Source: the human T2T-CHM13v2.0 reference genome, Homo sapiens. From it: a stretch of DNA of 64,000 nucleotides. The position numbers and the translations under genes are program-made. The stretch is from assembly GCF_009914755.1 (NCBI RefSeq), contig NC_060944.1. One strand, 5' to 3'. This document shows, piece after piece, positions 14,186 to 28,099 of the stretch; position 1 is the first letter of the stretch, and every line of letters starts with the position of its first letter. The notes under the pieces are model-generated. The model searched no databases and was not told where the DNA came from. It saw nothing but the letters and a program-made list of their open reading frames with translations.

Positions 14186-15679
14186 CTTTTTTTTAAAAAA
14201 AAAGAATGCTAAACTTTCAGTTCCAGTAATAGTAGAACAGGTTCATATAAATCCCCTGCTGAGAACCACCACAAAAGCTGGTTGAATTACTAAAACAAAC
14301 AAAAATGTCTTGAAAGCATCAAAGACCTCAAAAGATAGGAGAAAAAAATAAAATAAAATAAAAACCTGTGCAATTTTTGGAGAAGACAATACCCAGAGAT
14401 GTAAGCACAGTTAATCAAAGTTCCTTTGGCCTTGAGCACAATTTTCTAATCCCAAGAAAGAAGTCATAAACCTAAGCTGAACTTTTCATAGCTTCACAGG
14501 GATAGGGCAGAAATCAAAGTCCAGACCCTTCCAAGGCTGGGAAACCTGAAAAATCACCCCTCCTTGAGCAAAAGTCAAAAGGCTTATTTCCTTCAATGAG
14601 AATAACACAGTAATAATGGCCTTGCCTAGAGTACTTCCTTTCACCTGGTGATTTAGGGCACATCAGGCCTTAAGCCTAAATTCAGGTTATCTGGGGCTGG
14701 TGAACCTCTGGGGCCCATCTATCCTTCCTTCCTCCCTCCTTCCTTCTCTCTCTTCCTCCTTCTCTCCCTCCCTTCCTTCCTTTCTGCTTTCCTTCCATCT
14801 ATGGAGAAATTGTCATTATTCTAGGCCTCAAACTTTTCCTGTAAATAATACCTTAAATAAATGTCCATCATTTGAAAACTACCAGGAAACAACAGAAATG
14901 TGGCTCATGGAGCAAGCAGAAGTAACATACAACAGAAATCAATTCACAGGGACTCCAGTCACAGATAATATCATAAATAGTCACAGAATAGTAATTGATG
15001 ACTAATCAGCAACACATAAAATGGTCAAAAAAATTAACAGTGTACTTGGAAACTTCAGTAGGAAAATTGGAAACTGTAAAAAAAGATTGGTAGATTCCAA
15101 GCGTTTAAAAATTTCTTATCACAGAAATTACTTAAAAGTGTGTTTAAAAATGAAGAAAATAATACAAAAGATCAATGAAGAAAAGGTTTTTTTAGAAGAT
15201 AAACAAAATGGACAAACCTCTAGCCAGACTAATGAAAAAGAAAGGAAGAAACCCAAATAAATAAAATCAGACATGAGAAAGGAGATATTAGTGTAGTTGC
15301 TTTAAAGTCTGTTTTGTCTGATATAAGAATAGCTACTCCTGCTCAGTTTTGGTTTCCATTTGCAAGAAATATATTTTTTCATCCTTTTACCTTGAATTTA
15401 TATGAATCCCTATGTCTTAGCTGAGTCTCTTTAAGACAGCAGATATTTGGAAAAGAAGTTCATTATGTAATGATAAAAGGCTCAATCCAAGAAGAAGATA
15501 TTACAATCCTAAATTTATAGGTACCTAACACTGGAGCTTTCAGATTTATAAAACAATTACCACTAAACCTAAGAAATGAGATAGACAGCAATACAATAAT
15601 AGTGTGGGACGTCAATACTCCACTAACAGCACCAGACAGATCATTGAGATAGAACGCCCATAAAGAAACAATGGACTTT

Positions 15680-15976
<297 letters not shown>

Positions 15977-17719
15977 CTATACACTAGAAGAAATGGACTT
16001 AACTTATATTTACAGAACATTCCACTTAACAACTGCAGAATATACATTCTTCTCATCAGCGCATGGAACATTCTCCAAGATAGACCACGTAATAGGCCAC
16101 AAAATAAGTCTCAATAAATTTAAGAAAATCGAAATTATATCAAGTATCTTCTCAGACCACAGTGGAATAAAACTAGAAATCAGCTCCAAAAGGAGGACTC
16201 AAAACTGTAAAAATACATGGAAATTAAACAATCTGCTCTCGAATGATTTTGGGATTAACAAATAAATAGTAGTAGTGACACAAGTTATCAAAACCTCTAG
16301 GATACAGCAAAAGTAGTGCTGAGAGGAAAGTTTATATTGTTAAATGGCAACATCAAAAATTCTGAAAGAGCACAAATTGACAACCTAATGTCACACCTTA
16401 AAAAATTAGAGAAGAAGGACAAACTAAACCCAAAGCAGAAGAAAAGGAATAACAAAGAACAGAGCAGGACTAAATGAAATTGAAGAAAAAAATACGAAAT
16501 ACAAATGAAACAGAAAGGGGGTTCTTTAAAAAGATAAACAAAATTGATAGACTATTAGTGAGATTAACCAAGATAAGGAGAGATAAGATACAAATTAGCT
16601 CAATTAGAAATGAAACTGGGGACATTACAACCAATACCACAGGAATACAAAAGATCATTCTACATTACGATGAACATCTTTATGTACACAAACTAGAAAA
16701 TCTAGAGGAAATAGATAAATTTCTAGAAACATACAACCCTCCTAGATTAAATCAGGAAGATATAGAAACTCTGAAGAGACCAATAAAAAAGCAATAAAAT
16801 TGAGTCAGTAATTTAAAAATTGCCAAAAGAAAAAAGCAATTCTGGAACCTGACAGATTCACAGGTGAATTCTACCAGACATTCAAAGAAGAATTGGTACC
16901 AATCCTACTGAACTATTTTGAAAGATAGAGAAAGAGGGAATCCTCCCTAAATCATTCTCTAAAGCTGATATCACCCTAATACCAAAACCAAGAAAGGACA
17001 TAATGACAAAAAAGAAAACTACACACCAATATCCCCGATGAACATAGATGCAAAAGTGTTCAACAAAATACTAGTTAACCAAATCTAATAGCACATCAAA
17101 AAGATGATACATCATGATCAAGTGGGTTTCATCCCAGGGATGCAGGGATGGTTTAACATATGCAAGTGAATAAATATGATACATCACACAAACAGAATTA
17201 AAAACAAAAACCATATGATTGTCTCAATAGATGCAGAAAAAGTATTTGATAAAATCCGGTATTCCTTTATGATAAAAACCCTCAACAAAATAGGCATAGA
17301 AGGAACTTACCTCAAAATAATAAAAGCGATATATGACAATCCCAAAGCCAATATTCTACTGAATGTGGAAAAGATAAAAGTATTCCCCCTGAGAACCGGA
17401 ATAAGACAAGGATACCCACTTTCACCATTTCTGTTTAACATAGTACTGGAAGTCCTAGCCAGAGCAATCAGGCAAGAGAAAGAAATAAAGGGCATCCAAA
17501 CTGGAAAAGAGGAAGTCAAGCTATCGCTGTTCACTGGTGATATGATTGTTACCTAGAAAACCTTGAAAACTTATCCAAAAGACTCCTATATCTGATTTTT
17601 AAAAATTCAGTAAAGTCTCAGGTTACAAAATCAATGTACACAAATTAGCAGCACTGCTATACACCAACAAGGACCAAGCTGAGAATAAAATCAAGAACTC
17701 AATTTATTCTACAACAGCT

Positions 17720-17747
17720 GCTCTCTCTCTTTCTCTCTCTCTCTCTC

Positions 17748-17792
<45 letters not shown>
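17720..17792. repeat. (CT)n(AC)n compound microsatellite
   Basis: Seen directly. Confidence 0.95.
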
Positions 17793-17794
<2 letters not shown>

Positions 17795-18065
17795 GAATAT
17801 ACTTAACCAAGAAGGTAAAAGATCTCTACAAGGAAAACTAAAAAACACTGCTGAAAGAAATTATAGATGACACAAACAAATGGAAACACATCCCATGCTC
17901 ATAGATAGGAAGAATCAATACTTTGAAAATTACTATACTACCCAAAGAAACCTACAGATTCAATGCAATTTCCATCAAAATACCATCATCATTTTTCACA
18001 GAACTAGAAAAAATAATCCTAAATTTCACATGGAACCAAAAAAGACCCCTAATATCCAAAGCAGT

Positions 18066-18430
18066 TGCTATTGTTTGGCTCTGTGTCCCCACCCAAATGT
18101 CATCTAGAATTGTAATCACCACGTGTTGGGGGAGGGGCTTGGTGGGAAGTGATTGGATCATGGGGGCAGTTTCCCCATGCTGTTCAAGTGATAGTGAGTG
18201 AGTTCTCATGAGATCTGATAGTTTAAGTGTGGTACTTCCCCCCTCACCTTCTCTCTCTTTCTTGCCACCATGTAAGACGTGTCTTGCTTCCCCTTCACCT
18301 TCTGCCATAATTGTAAGTTTCCTGAGGCCTCCCCAGCCATGTGGAACTGTGAGTCAATTAAACCTCTTTTCTTTATAAACTACCGAGTCTCAGGTGGTTC
18401 TTTACAGAAGTGTGAAAATGGACTAATACA
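18066..18430 (+). mobile_element. THE1D-like (THE1/MSTA group) solo LTR
   Basis: 'tgctattgtttggctctgtgtccccacccaaat...gtgtgaaaatggactaataca'; 5-bp TSD gcagt/gcact inside L1 ORF2. Confidence 0.9.
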
Positions 18431-19520
18431 GCACTACTAAGCAAAAAGAACAAATCTGAAGGCATCACATTACTAGACTTCAAATTATACTATAAGGTTA
18501 TAGTTACCAAAACAGCAAGCAGTACTGGTATGAAAATAGGTACTTAGACCAATGGAACAGAATAGAGAACCGAGCAATAAAGCCAAATATTTACAGCCAA
18601 CTGATTGTCAACAAAGTATACAAAAATATAAACTAGGGAAAGAAAACCATAATTCAATAAATGGTGCTGGGACATGTAGAAGAATGAAACTGGATCCCCA
18701 TCTCTCACATTATACAAAAATCAACTCAAGATGGATCACAAGACTTAAATCTAAGATCTGAAACCATAACAATTCTCAAGGATAAGATTGACAAATTCTT
18801 CTGAACATTGACCCAGATAAAGAATTCATGATTAAGACCCCAAAAGCAAATGCATCAGAAACAAAAATAAATAAATGAGACTAAATTAAACTAAGAAACT
18901 TCTGCACAGCAAAATAATAATAATAATAATAATAATCAGCAGAGTAAACAGACAAACCACAGAATGGGAGGAAATATTTGCAAACGATGTATCTGACAAA
19001 AAACTAGCATCCAGAATCTATAAGGAACTCAAACAAATCAGCAAGAAAAAGAAAACAATACCATCAAAAAGTGGGCAAAGGACATAGACATTTCTCAAAA
19101 GATATATACAAAGACCAACAAACATATGAAAAAATGCCCTACATCACTAATCATCAGGGAAATGCACATTAAAACCACAATGTGATACCACCTTATTCTT
19201 GCAAGAATGGCTATAATTAAAAAGTCAAAAAACAATAGATGTTGCTGTGGACATGGTGAATAGGAAACACATTCACACTGCTGGTGGGAATGTAAATTAG
19301 TAAAACCTCTATGGAAAATAGTATAGAGACTCCTTAAAGAACAAATATAAATCTACTATTTGATCCAGCAATTCCACTACAGGGTATCTACCCAAAGGAA
19401 AAGAAGTCATTATATGAAAAAGACACATACATATGCATATTTATAGTAGTACAATTCACAATTGCAAATATATGGAACAAACCTAAGTGTCCATTGACCA
19501 GTAAGTGCATGAAGAAAATG

Positions 19521-19521
<1 letters not shown>

Positions 19522-19596
<75 letters not shown>
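19522..19596. repeat. (TA)n(CA)n microsatellite
   Basis: Seen directly. Confidence 0.95.
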
Positions 19597-19598
<2 letters not shown>

Positions 19599-22500
19599 CA
19601 TGGAATACTACTCAGCCATAAAAAGGAACAAAATAATGTCATTTGCAGGAGCTTGAATGGAGCTAGAGGCCATTATTCTAGGCGAAGTAACTCAAGAATG
19701 AAAAACCAAATACCGTTGGTTCTCAGTTATAATAGTGGGAACTAAGCTGTGAGGATGCAAAGACTTACAGAGTGATATAATAGACTTAGGGGACTCAGGG
19801 AGAGGAGAATGGGAAAGCAGTGAATGATAAAAGACTACGTATTGAGTACAGTGCACAGTGTTCGAATGACAGGTGCACTAAAATCCCAGAGTTCACTACT
19901 ATAGAATTCATCCATATAACCAAAAACCACTTGTACCCCAAAAGCTATATAACTTTCTTAAAAAGCAAAAAAGGAGACATCACAACTGATATAGAAATTC
20001 AAAGGATCATTAATTGCTACTTTGAGCAACTGTATACCAAGAAGTTTGAAAATATAGAGGAAGTGGATAAATTCCTAGAGACAGACAACCTACCAAGATT
20101 GAACCATGAAGAAATAAAAAACCTGAACAGATCAATAACAAATAATGAGATCAAAGCTGTAATAGTAAGTCTCCCAGTAAAGAAAAGCCTGGGACCTGAT
20201 GACTTCACTGCTGAATTCTACGCTACATTTGAAGAACTAATATTAATCCTACTGAAACTATTCTGCAAAATAGAGGAGGATCGAATTCTTCCAAACTCAT
20301 TCCACAAGGCCAATATTACCCTGATACGAAAACCAAACAAAGACACATTAAAAATAGCAACTACAGGCCAATATCCATGATAAATACTGATGCAAAAATC
20401 CTCAACAAAATAGCGGCAAAGTGAATTCAACAATACATTAGAAAGATCATTTATCATGACTAAGTGGGACTTATCCTAGGGATGCAAGGATGGTTGAACA
20501 TATGCCTCAATGTGATATATCATATTAACAGAATGAAGGGCAAAAACATATGATCTTTTCAATTGATGCTGAAAAAGCATTTGAGAAAACTCAACATCCC
20601 TTTATGATAAAAGCATTTTAAAAGCTGGGTATAGAAGAAATGTCCCTTAACATAATAAAAGCCACATATGACAGAGCCACAGCTAGTATCATACTGAGTG
20701 AAGAAAGACTGAAAGTCTTTCCTCTAGGATCTGGAACATGACCAGGATGATCACTCCATAAAAAAAAAAAAAACTATTAGAACTGATTTTAAAAATTCAG
20801 TAAAGTTGCAAGATATAAAATCAACATACAAAAATTAGTAGCATTCCTATAATATATACCAATAATTAACAATCTGAAAAAGAAATTTAAAAGGTGATCC
20901 CATTCCCAATAGTCACAAATATAATTAAGTACCAAGTAATAAACTTAACCAATGAGGTGAAAGATCTCTACAATGAAAACTATGAAACACTGATGAAAGA
21001 AATTAAAAAGGACACAGAAAAAGAGAAATATATTTCATGTTCATGGGTTGGAAATCAATATTGTTAAAATGTCCATACTACCCAAAGCAATCTACAGATT
21101 GAATGCAATTCCTATCAAAATATCAATGACCTTCTTCACAGAAATAGAGAAAATAATTTTAAAATTTATATGGAATCACAAAAGACCAGAGTTGCCAAAC
21201 TTCTCCTGAGCAAGAAGAACAAAACTGGAGGAATCACATTACATGACTTGAAATTATATTATAGAGCTATAGAACCAAAACAGCATGGCACTGGCATAAA
21301 AACAGACACACAGACCAATGGATCAGAATAGAGAACCCAGAAACAAATCCACACACCTATAGTTTACTTATTTTTGATAAAGGTGCTGAGAACATACACT
21401 GGGAAAAAGACGGTCCCTTCAATAAATGGTGCTAGGAAAACTGGACACCCACATTCAGAAGAATGAAACTTGACCCCCATCTCTTGTCATATATAAAAGT
21501 CAAATCAAAATAGATTAAAGACTGAAATTTAAGACCTCAAATTATAAAACTACTCAATGAAAACATTGGGGAAACACTCCAGGACATTGCTTTGGAAAAA
21601 ATTTCTTGAGCAATACCCTACAAGCCCAGGCAACCAAAGCAATGTACAAATGAGATCACACCAAGTTAATATGCTTCTGCACAGCAAAGGAAACAATCAA
21701 CAAAGTGAAAAGACAACCCACAGAATGAGAGAGAATATTTGCAAACTATCCATCTGACAGGGTATTAACAACCAGAATATATAAGGAGCTCAAACAACTT
21801 TATAGGAAAAAATCAAATACTCTGATTTAAAAATTAGCAAAAGATTTGAATAGACATTTCTCAAAAGAAGACACACAAATGGCAAACAGGCACACTAGAA
21901 GGTGCTCAGCATCATTGATTATCAGAGAAATGCAAATCAAAACTACAATGAGACATCACCTCACCCCAGTTAAAATGGCTTTTATCCAAAAGACAAGCAA
22001 TACCAAATGTGGGTGAAGATGTTGAGAAAAGGGAGTCCTCATACACTGTTGGTAGGAATGTAAATTAGTAGAACTACTCTGTAGGATAGTTTAGAGTTTC
22101 CTCAAAAAAAACACAAAAAAACAAAAAAACTAAACTAAAAGTAGAGCTACCATACAATCCAGCAATCCCACTGCTGGGCATATACCCAAAAGAAAGGAAA
22201 TCAGTACATTGAAGACATATCTGCACTTCCATGTTTGTTGCAGCTCCGTTCACAATAGCCAAAATTTGGAAGCAACCTAAATGTCCACCAACAAATGAAT
22301 GTATAAAGAAAATGTGGTACATTGTTTACTGTATACACAATGCAGTACTATTCCCACATAGGAAAAAATAAGATTCTGTCATCTGCAACAACAAGGATGG
22401 AACTGGAGGTTATTATGTTAAGTGAAATAAGCCAGACACAGAAAGACAAATATCGCATATTCTCAATTATTTGTGGGATCTAAAAATCAAAACAATTGAA

Positions 22501-23559
22501 CTCATGGAGATAGATAGTAGAAGGATGGTTACTAGAGCCTGGGAAGGGCAGCAGGAGTATGTGGGAGAAATGGGGATGGTTAATGGCCACTAAAAATAAA
22601 TAGTAAGAATGAATAAAACCTAGTAATAGCACAACAGGGTGACTAGAGTCAATAATTATTTAATTGTACATTCAAAAATAACTAAAAGAGTGTAACTGGA
22701 TTGCTTGTAACACAAAAGGTAAATGCTTGAGGGGATGGAAACATCATTTTCCATGATGTGATTATTACACATTGCATGGCTCTATTAAAAAAAAATTGAT
22801 GTACTCCTTAAATATATACACCTACTATGTACACACAAAAACTTAAAAATTAAAGAAGAAAATTTATAGTGTTTTTTATGACTTAAAATATATAAAAATA
22901 TTTGGTTTATGTTTCCATTGATTTCTATTTTAATTACATCATGACTAAATATGGAGATCAGTATAAAGCAAAATCTTTGAAATTTATTACTTGAATAATG
23001 ACCAAGCACTTGGTCATTTTTAAAGATATTTGTTTCCTAATTTTTTAGCATAAAATTACATATTTACATATATATGGGAAGAAAACCCCAGTTAATTTTA
23101 TTGCTCAGTCCTTTCATTTGCATTGTTAATTTTGTTTGCTTGATTAGTATAGATCTACTTGTGATCAATTCTTTTTCTTCCTATCTCTCTCAATCTAAAA
23201 GTGTTTTTATCTTGCGTTTCTTACTGAAAGATCTTTTTTTCTATGTTGAAGTTATTTTCTCTGAGCAGTTTGAAGATACTATTACATCTTCTGGTTTTCA
23301 GGGCTGCTAATGAATAATAGTCATTATCAGTATAATTTGTATTCCTTTGTTGGTGACTTTTCTGTCTGGCTGCTTTTCAAAGTGTTCAATTCTTGTATTT
23401 GTATATGTTTGCCTTTCATTGATTCTGAAAATTTTCAGCATAATATTTTGCAGTTTTACCCTTTCCCCTATTCTTTATTTTTGTTCTTGTACAACAGATC
23501 AGACTTACTCATTAACATTAGGCGTTTTTATTTCATCATCCATTTGTGACTCTAATGAA

Positions 23560-23708
23560 ACTTTGAATCACCTGGGAAGCATATTAGACTACAGATGCTC
23601 AGCCCGAGCTACTGAGATTCAGAGTTTTCAGGAGGCAGGGCCCTGGCCACTGGTACATAAATGACTCTCCATGTGACTCTAATGAACCACAGAGTTTGAG
23701 AACCACTG
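23560..23708. mobile_element. MER5-family hAT MITE fragment
   Basis: 'gaatcacctgggaagc...acagatgctcagccc...agtttgagaaccactg'. Confidence 0.7.
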
Positions 23709-24422
23709 TAACTAGGCAACTAGGAACGTAGGAACCAAGATAAGATTGTGCCTCGTGTAGTGAAAGAATGAAAATGTTGGGGGAAACAGTTTGGCACATA
23801 GGACAGAGTACACAGGCAGAGAGAATCATACGAATGCTAAAGCAAGGGCTGCTTGTTCCATTTGCAAGCTCAACGCCAACGCTACCCCACTTCATCCTAG
23901 TACAACTTTGTCATGTGGGGGTTTCAGCTGTAGCCTTTCACTTTAACGTGAATTTTCTCAGAAATTGACTTGGAAGAAGACCATGCCTGTGTCCCTGAGA
24001 CATGTATTATGTTTAATATATATACAGAGAGAGAGAGAGAGTTCAATTCACAAATCATAGTTGAAGGTTTCCACAAAAGTACAAGATGCTATTCTTTTTC
24101 CCAAAGCACCACTCAGATAATACGCAGGAGGCTGAGTCCACTAAAGGATCCAGTAAAAACTCCATTATTTTATAGGTACTCTTGGCCTAAATCTTTAAAA
24201 GATTCAGGAAAATAAATAAAAATTTTCTCACACAAATTATTTCTTTGGTTTTTGTGATTCATCAATAGGCTAAGTGATTTTTCAAATCAGCTAAAAAATG
24301 GACACTTATACACACCCACACTCACATACCCTTTTAAGTTCTAAACCAACATAGCCACTTCTGCTATATTTAGCTTTTTTTTTTTTTTGGCAGCTGGTCC
24401 TATTGTTGTATGGATTTGTTTC

Positions 24423-25856
24423 TTTTTTTTTTTTTGGAAATCTTTTTTTTTTAAATTTATTTATTTAGTTTTTTATTGATCATTCTTGGGTGTTTCTCGC
24501 AGACGGGGATTTGGCAGGGTCATAGGACAATAGTGGAGGGAAGGTCAGCAGATAAACAAGTGAACAAAGGTCTCTGGTTTTCCTAGGCAGAGGACCCTGC
24601 GGCCTTCCGCGGTGTTTGTGTCCCTGGGTACTTGAGATTAGGGAGTGGTGATGACTCTTAAGGAGCATGCTGCCTTCAAGCATCTGTTTAACAAAGCACA
24701 TCTTGCACCTCCCTTAATCCATTTAACCCTGAGTGGACATAGCACATGTTTCAGAGAGCACAGGGTTGGGGGTAAGGTCATAGATCAACAGCATCCCAAG
24801 GCAGAAGAATCTTTCTTAGTACAGAACAAAATGAAGTCTCCCATGTCTACTTCTTTCTACACAGACACAGCAACAATCTGATTTCTCCATCCTCTCCCCA
24901 CCTTTCCCCCTTTTCTATTCCACAAAACCACCATCGTCATCATGGCCCGTTCTCAATGAGCTGTTGGGTACACCTCCCAGATGGGGTGGTGGCCGGGCAG
25001 AGGCGCCCCCCACCTCCCTCCCGGACGGGGCGGCTGGCCGGGCGGGGGCTGACCCCCCACCTCCCTCCCGGACAGGGCGGCTGCCGGGCGGAGACGCTCC
25101 TCACTTCCCAGACGGGGCGGCTGCCGGGCGGAGGGGCTCACTTCTCAGGTGGGGCGGCTGCCAGGCGGAGGGGCTCCTCACTTCTCAGATGGGGCGGCTG
25201 CCGGGCGGAGACGCTCCTCACCTCCCAGACGGGGTCGCGGCCGGGCAGAGGCGCTCCCCACATCTCAGATGATGGGCGGCCGGGCAGAGACGCTCCTCAC
25301 TTCCTAGACGGGATGTCGGCCGGGAAGAGGCGCTCCTCACTTCCCAGACTGGGCAGCCGGGCAGAGGGGCTCCTCACATCCCAGACGATGGGTGGCCAGG
25401 CAGAGATGCTCCTCACTTCCCAGACGGGGTGGCGGCCGGGCAGAGGCTGCAATCTCGGCACTTTGGGAGGCCAAGGCAGGCGGCTGGGAGGTGGAGGTTG
25501 TAGCTAGCCGAGATCACGCCACTGCACTCCAGCCTGGGCAACATTGAGCACTGAGTGAACGAGACTCCGTCTGCAATCCCAGCACCTCGGGAGGCCGAGG
25601 CTGGCGGATCACTCGCGGTTAGGAGCTGGAGACCAGCCCGGCCAACACAGCGAAACCCCGTCTCCACCAAAAAAATACGAAAACCAGTCAGGCGTGGCGG
25701 CGCGTGCCTGTAATCGCAGGCACTCGGCAGGCTGAGGCAGGAGAATCAGGCAGGGAGGTTGCAGTGAGCCGAGATGGCAGCAGTACAGTCCAGCTTTGGC
25801 TCGGCATCAGAGGGAGACCGTGGAAAGAGAGGAGGGGAGAGGGGAGAGGGGGAGGA
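24423..25856 (-). mobile_element. Full-length SVA retrotransposon (older B/C-like) with a short VNTR
   Basis: In + order: poly(T), SINE-R (~24470-24960), GC-rich VNTR (~24970-25440), Alu-like domain (~25440-25825), degenerate (AGAGGG)n hexamer; 11-bp TSD ggatttgtttc at 24412-24422 and 25857-25867. Confidence 0.97.
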
Positions 25857-27002
25857 GGATTTGTTTCATAAGAGATGTTGGTGGGGTAACCCAAAAAGAG
25901 ATTAAGAAACTAGAGCTGCCTGTCATTAGTTTCTGACATCTTAGACCTCTCTGGGGCAGAAAAGAACAGAGTAGACATAAGATTACACAGAAATGGTTAA
26001 GTGTAGTATTAGTAAAACAATCACCTGGGAAGAGAACATACCCCTCTCTGTCGCGGTGTGATTCCATAGGAAATCAACACACTAAAAGGAACACGCACTT
26101 CAGGCAACATCAAAATTGAAGGAAAAACTTTTCCAAAACTGAGTTTGTCATGTCAGATCTAGAAGACTGCATGGAGATTTTCAGTTGCTTATCTGTATGT
26201 GGTTATAGTGAGTGGGGAAAAGCTCAGCCCAGGCTCACTGAACTGGAGTGTAACAGCCCCTTCATGCCTATTGCCCCTGGTAGGTGTGGGGCTGCCTGAT
26301 TACCGCGAAAGATCAGCCTGACTGGCCTGTGCCTTTGTCCTGCTTGCAGGGGAATTTGCTTCTACCTTGCAGATATCAGCATTTATAACCATTCCCTGCT
26401 TGACCCATATTCAAGATGTGTGGCTTCTGCGACATTTTAGGAACTATTTTTCTGAATTGCTGTCCTGGATCTAAGATATTTGTACACAATCTGTTTGGCA
26501 AACTAACTACTGCTACTGTTACTTCCACACTTGAATGACTAAGTAGAACAGATGATGTACATTAATTTTATGAGCTCTGGACTGATACTTAAACTTCATT
26601 TTAATCTGCATTAGCTCATTTTTTGCTTCCAAAACATTTATTCTTCTGAGAAGCAATTCTTGCCCACAGCCTTAATAATGTGTAGATTAGGTTTTGTGAG
26701 ATCTCCTCCTTTCTTCTCTGTCTCTACCTCTGCTCTCTCTAGGTGATTATTTACCCTTTAACTGTAAAATAACTTTGGTTTTTCTTAATTCTGAATTTTT
26801 AATAAAGGAAAAAGTATAAATTACATAGAAGCATGACAAAGAAAAATGGACTCCAGATCTTTGCATAAATACTGACCTTATATTTTAACTAAAATGTGTA
26901 AACCAAATTTTTTTAGGCTATCTTGGTAGCACAGATGATGGAAAATTGTATCAATATCAGCCATTAGTTGGCAGAAAGAAGAAAGCAAATATACTATTAC
27001 TC

Positions 27003-27131
27003 TAGGGTTGCCAGGTAAGATTCATTTAATATTTGAGGCATACTTATATTTAAAAATATATTTATTGTATATGTGGAATTCAAATTGAACTTGGTGTCCA
27101 GTATTTTTATTTGCTAAATCTGGTAACCCTA
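27003..27131. mobile_element. MER53-like hAT MITE, internally deleted
   Basis: TIRs tagggttgccag / ctggtaacccta; 8-bp TSD tattactc/tattacta. Confidence 0.85.
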
Positions 27132-27923
27132 TATTACTAGGATGTACTGCATTTGATATTAAAACCATTCTCAAGGCTTACTTTGTTATCAGTCACAACA
27201 AAATATTAAGGGCTTTTTTTCTTTCTTTTTTTTGCATATTTCCACATATGCAAAAATGTCTAATGCCTGTGTTGCTCCTTCCTGGGTTTCATAAATTTCT
27301 CCGCTGCCTAAGACCAGCAACCTCAAATGTTGGAGAACTTTTAAATCAGTTATTTTCCAATGAAAAGTATTTCAGATTCAAATTGCCATTCAAGTGTTTC
27401 CTGTAGCTCTATACTAAAGCTTAATCGTTTTCAGCTCTAGGTTTTTAGAAGTGGAAAGCATGGTTTTGCTAAGTACAGCAAAGAGTTTCTGAGGACACTG
27501 GGAATTCTATACCTGCAGAAATGTAATATCTTCATTGACCAGTGTGCAGGGGAGCCGCAGGAGTAGCAGGATCCCAGACTTTGATGTCAGATGAGCCTTG
27601 CTGGGTTCTTGGCAATGGCAACAATTAATCAAGGGAACTTTGGCAGTTTGTTTATCTGTCATATAGTTCTTCATTCATTAAAAATTAGAGATAGAGAGAT
27701 GGAGGCATGTTAGTATGCACTTTCAATAAGGCACCAAATGAAAATTAGTTGTTGTTGGATAAGATTTTGGCGTATTATCCAATATGTTGTTTGCTCCCAG
27801 TCAAGTTACCTATCTTGGCCACGACAGCTGAGGCAGCCATTGTCTTAGGAAGAAGGCAGATCCCCAGCAGAAACAAAAACAGTATTGCCTCCATCGCTCA
27901 GGTCTGAGTTTCAAAATAGACAA

Positions 27924-28099
27924 CAGTATGCTATGCTAGTAAGTGTTTAGCTAATAAGCAACTCTTTAAAAAGAAAAAAGGCCATAATTTGTAGCACTTA
28001 TGATTTCTGTGTTGTAAACATTCCCATCATGTCTGATTTCAGCCTACCAATGTGACATCACTGAATTCAAAGTTGACAGGACATGCACACAGGCCACTG
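27924..28099. mobile_element. MER63-like hAT element
   Basis: 'aatttgtagcacttatgatttctgtgttgtaaacattcccatcatg...gatttcagcctaccaatgtgacatcactgaa'. Confidence 0.7.

Noticed and set aside
14200-15150. Possible old L1 5'UTR/ORF1 remnants (also ~5000-5700 and 40315-41660) and LTR-like stretches at ~38400-38845 and ~60450-60930
   Set aside because: Resemblance too weak to name or bound without a profile search.
19820-20380. Longest ORF (186 aa) as a novel gene
   Set aside because: Chance read-through from the L1PB 3' UTR into an L1MA ORF2 remnant (…[17 protein letters not shown]…); it starts at a GTG and has no gene context.
24374-24411. Third poly(T) as a longer SVA 3' transduction
   Set aside because: It lies outside the exact 11-bp TSD, and I found no matching outer TSD beyond the SVA 5' end.
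24953-25894. GC-rich ORFs up to 183 aa; apparent CpG-island promoter
   Set aside because: Entirely SVA VNTR/Alu-like sequence.
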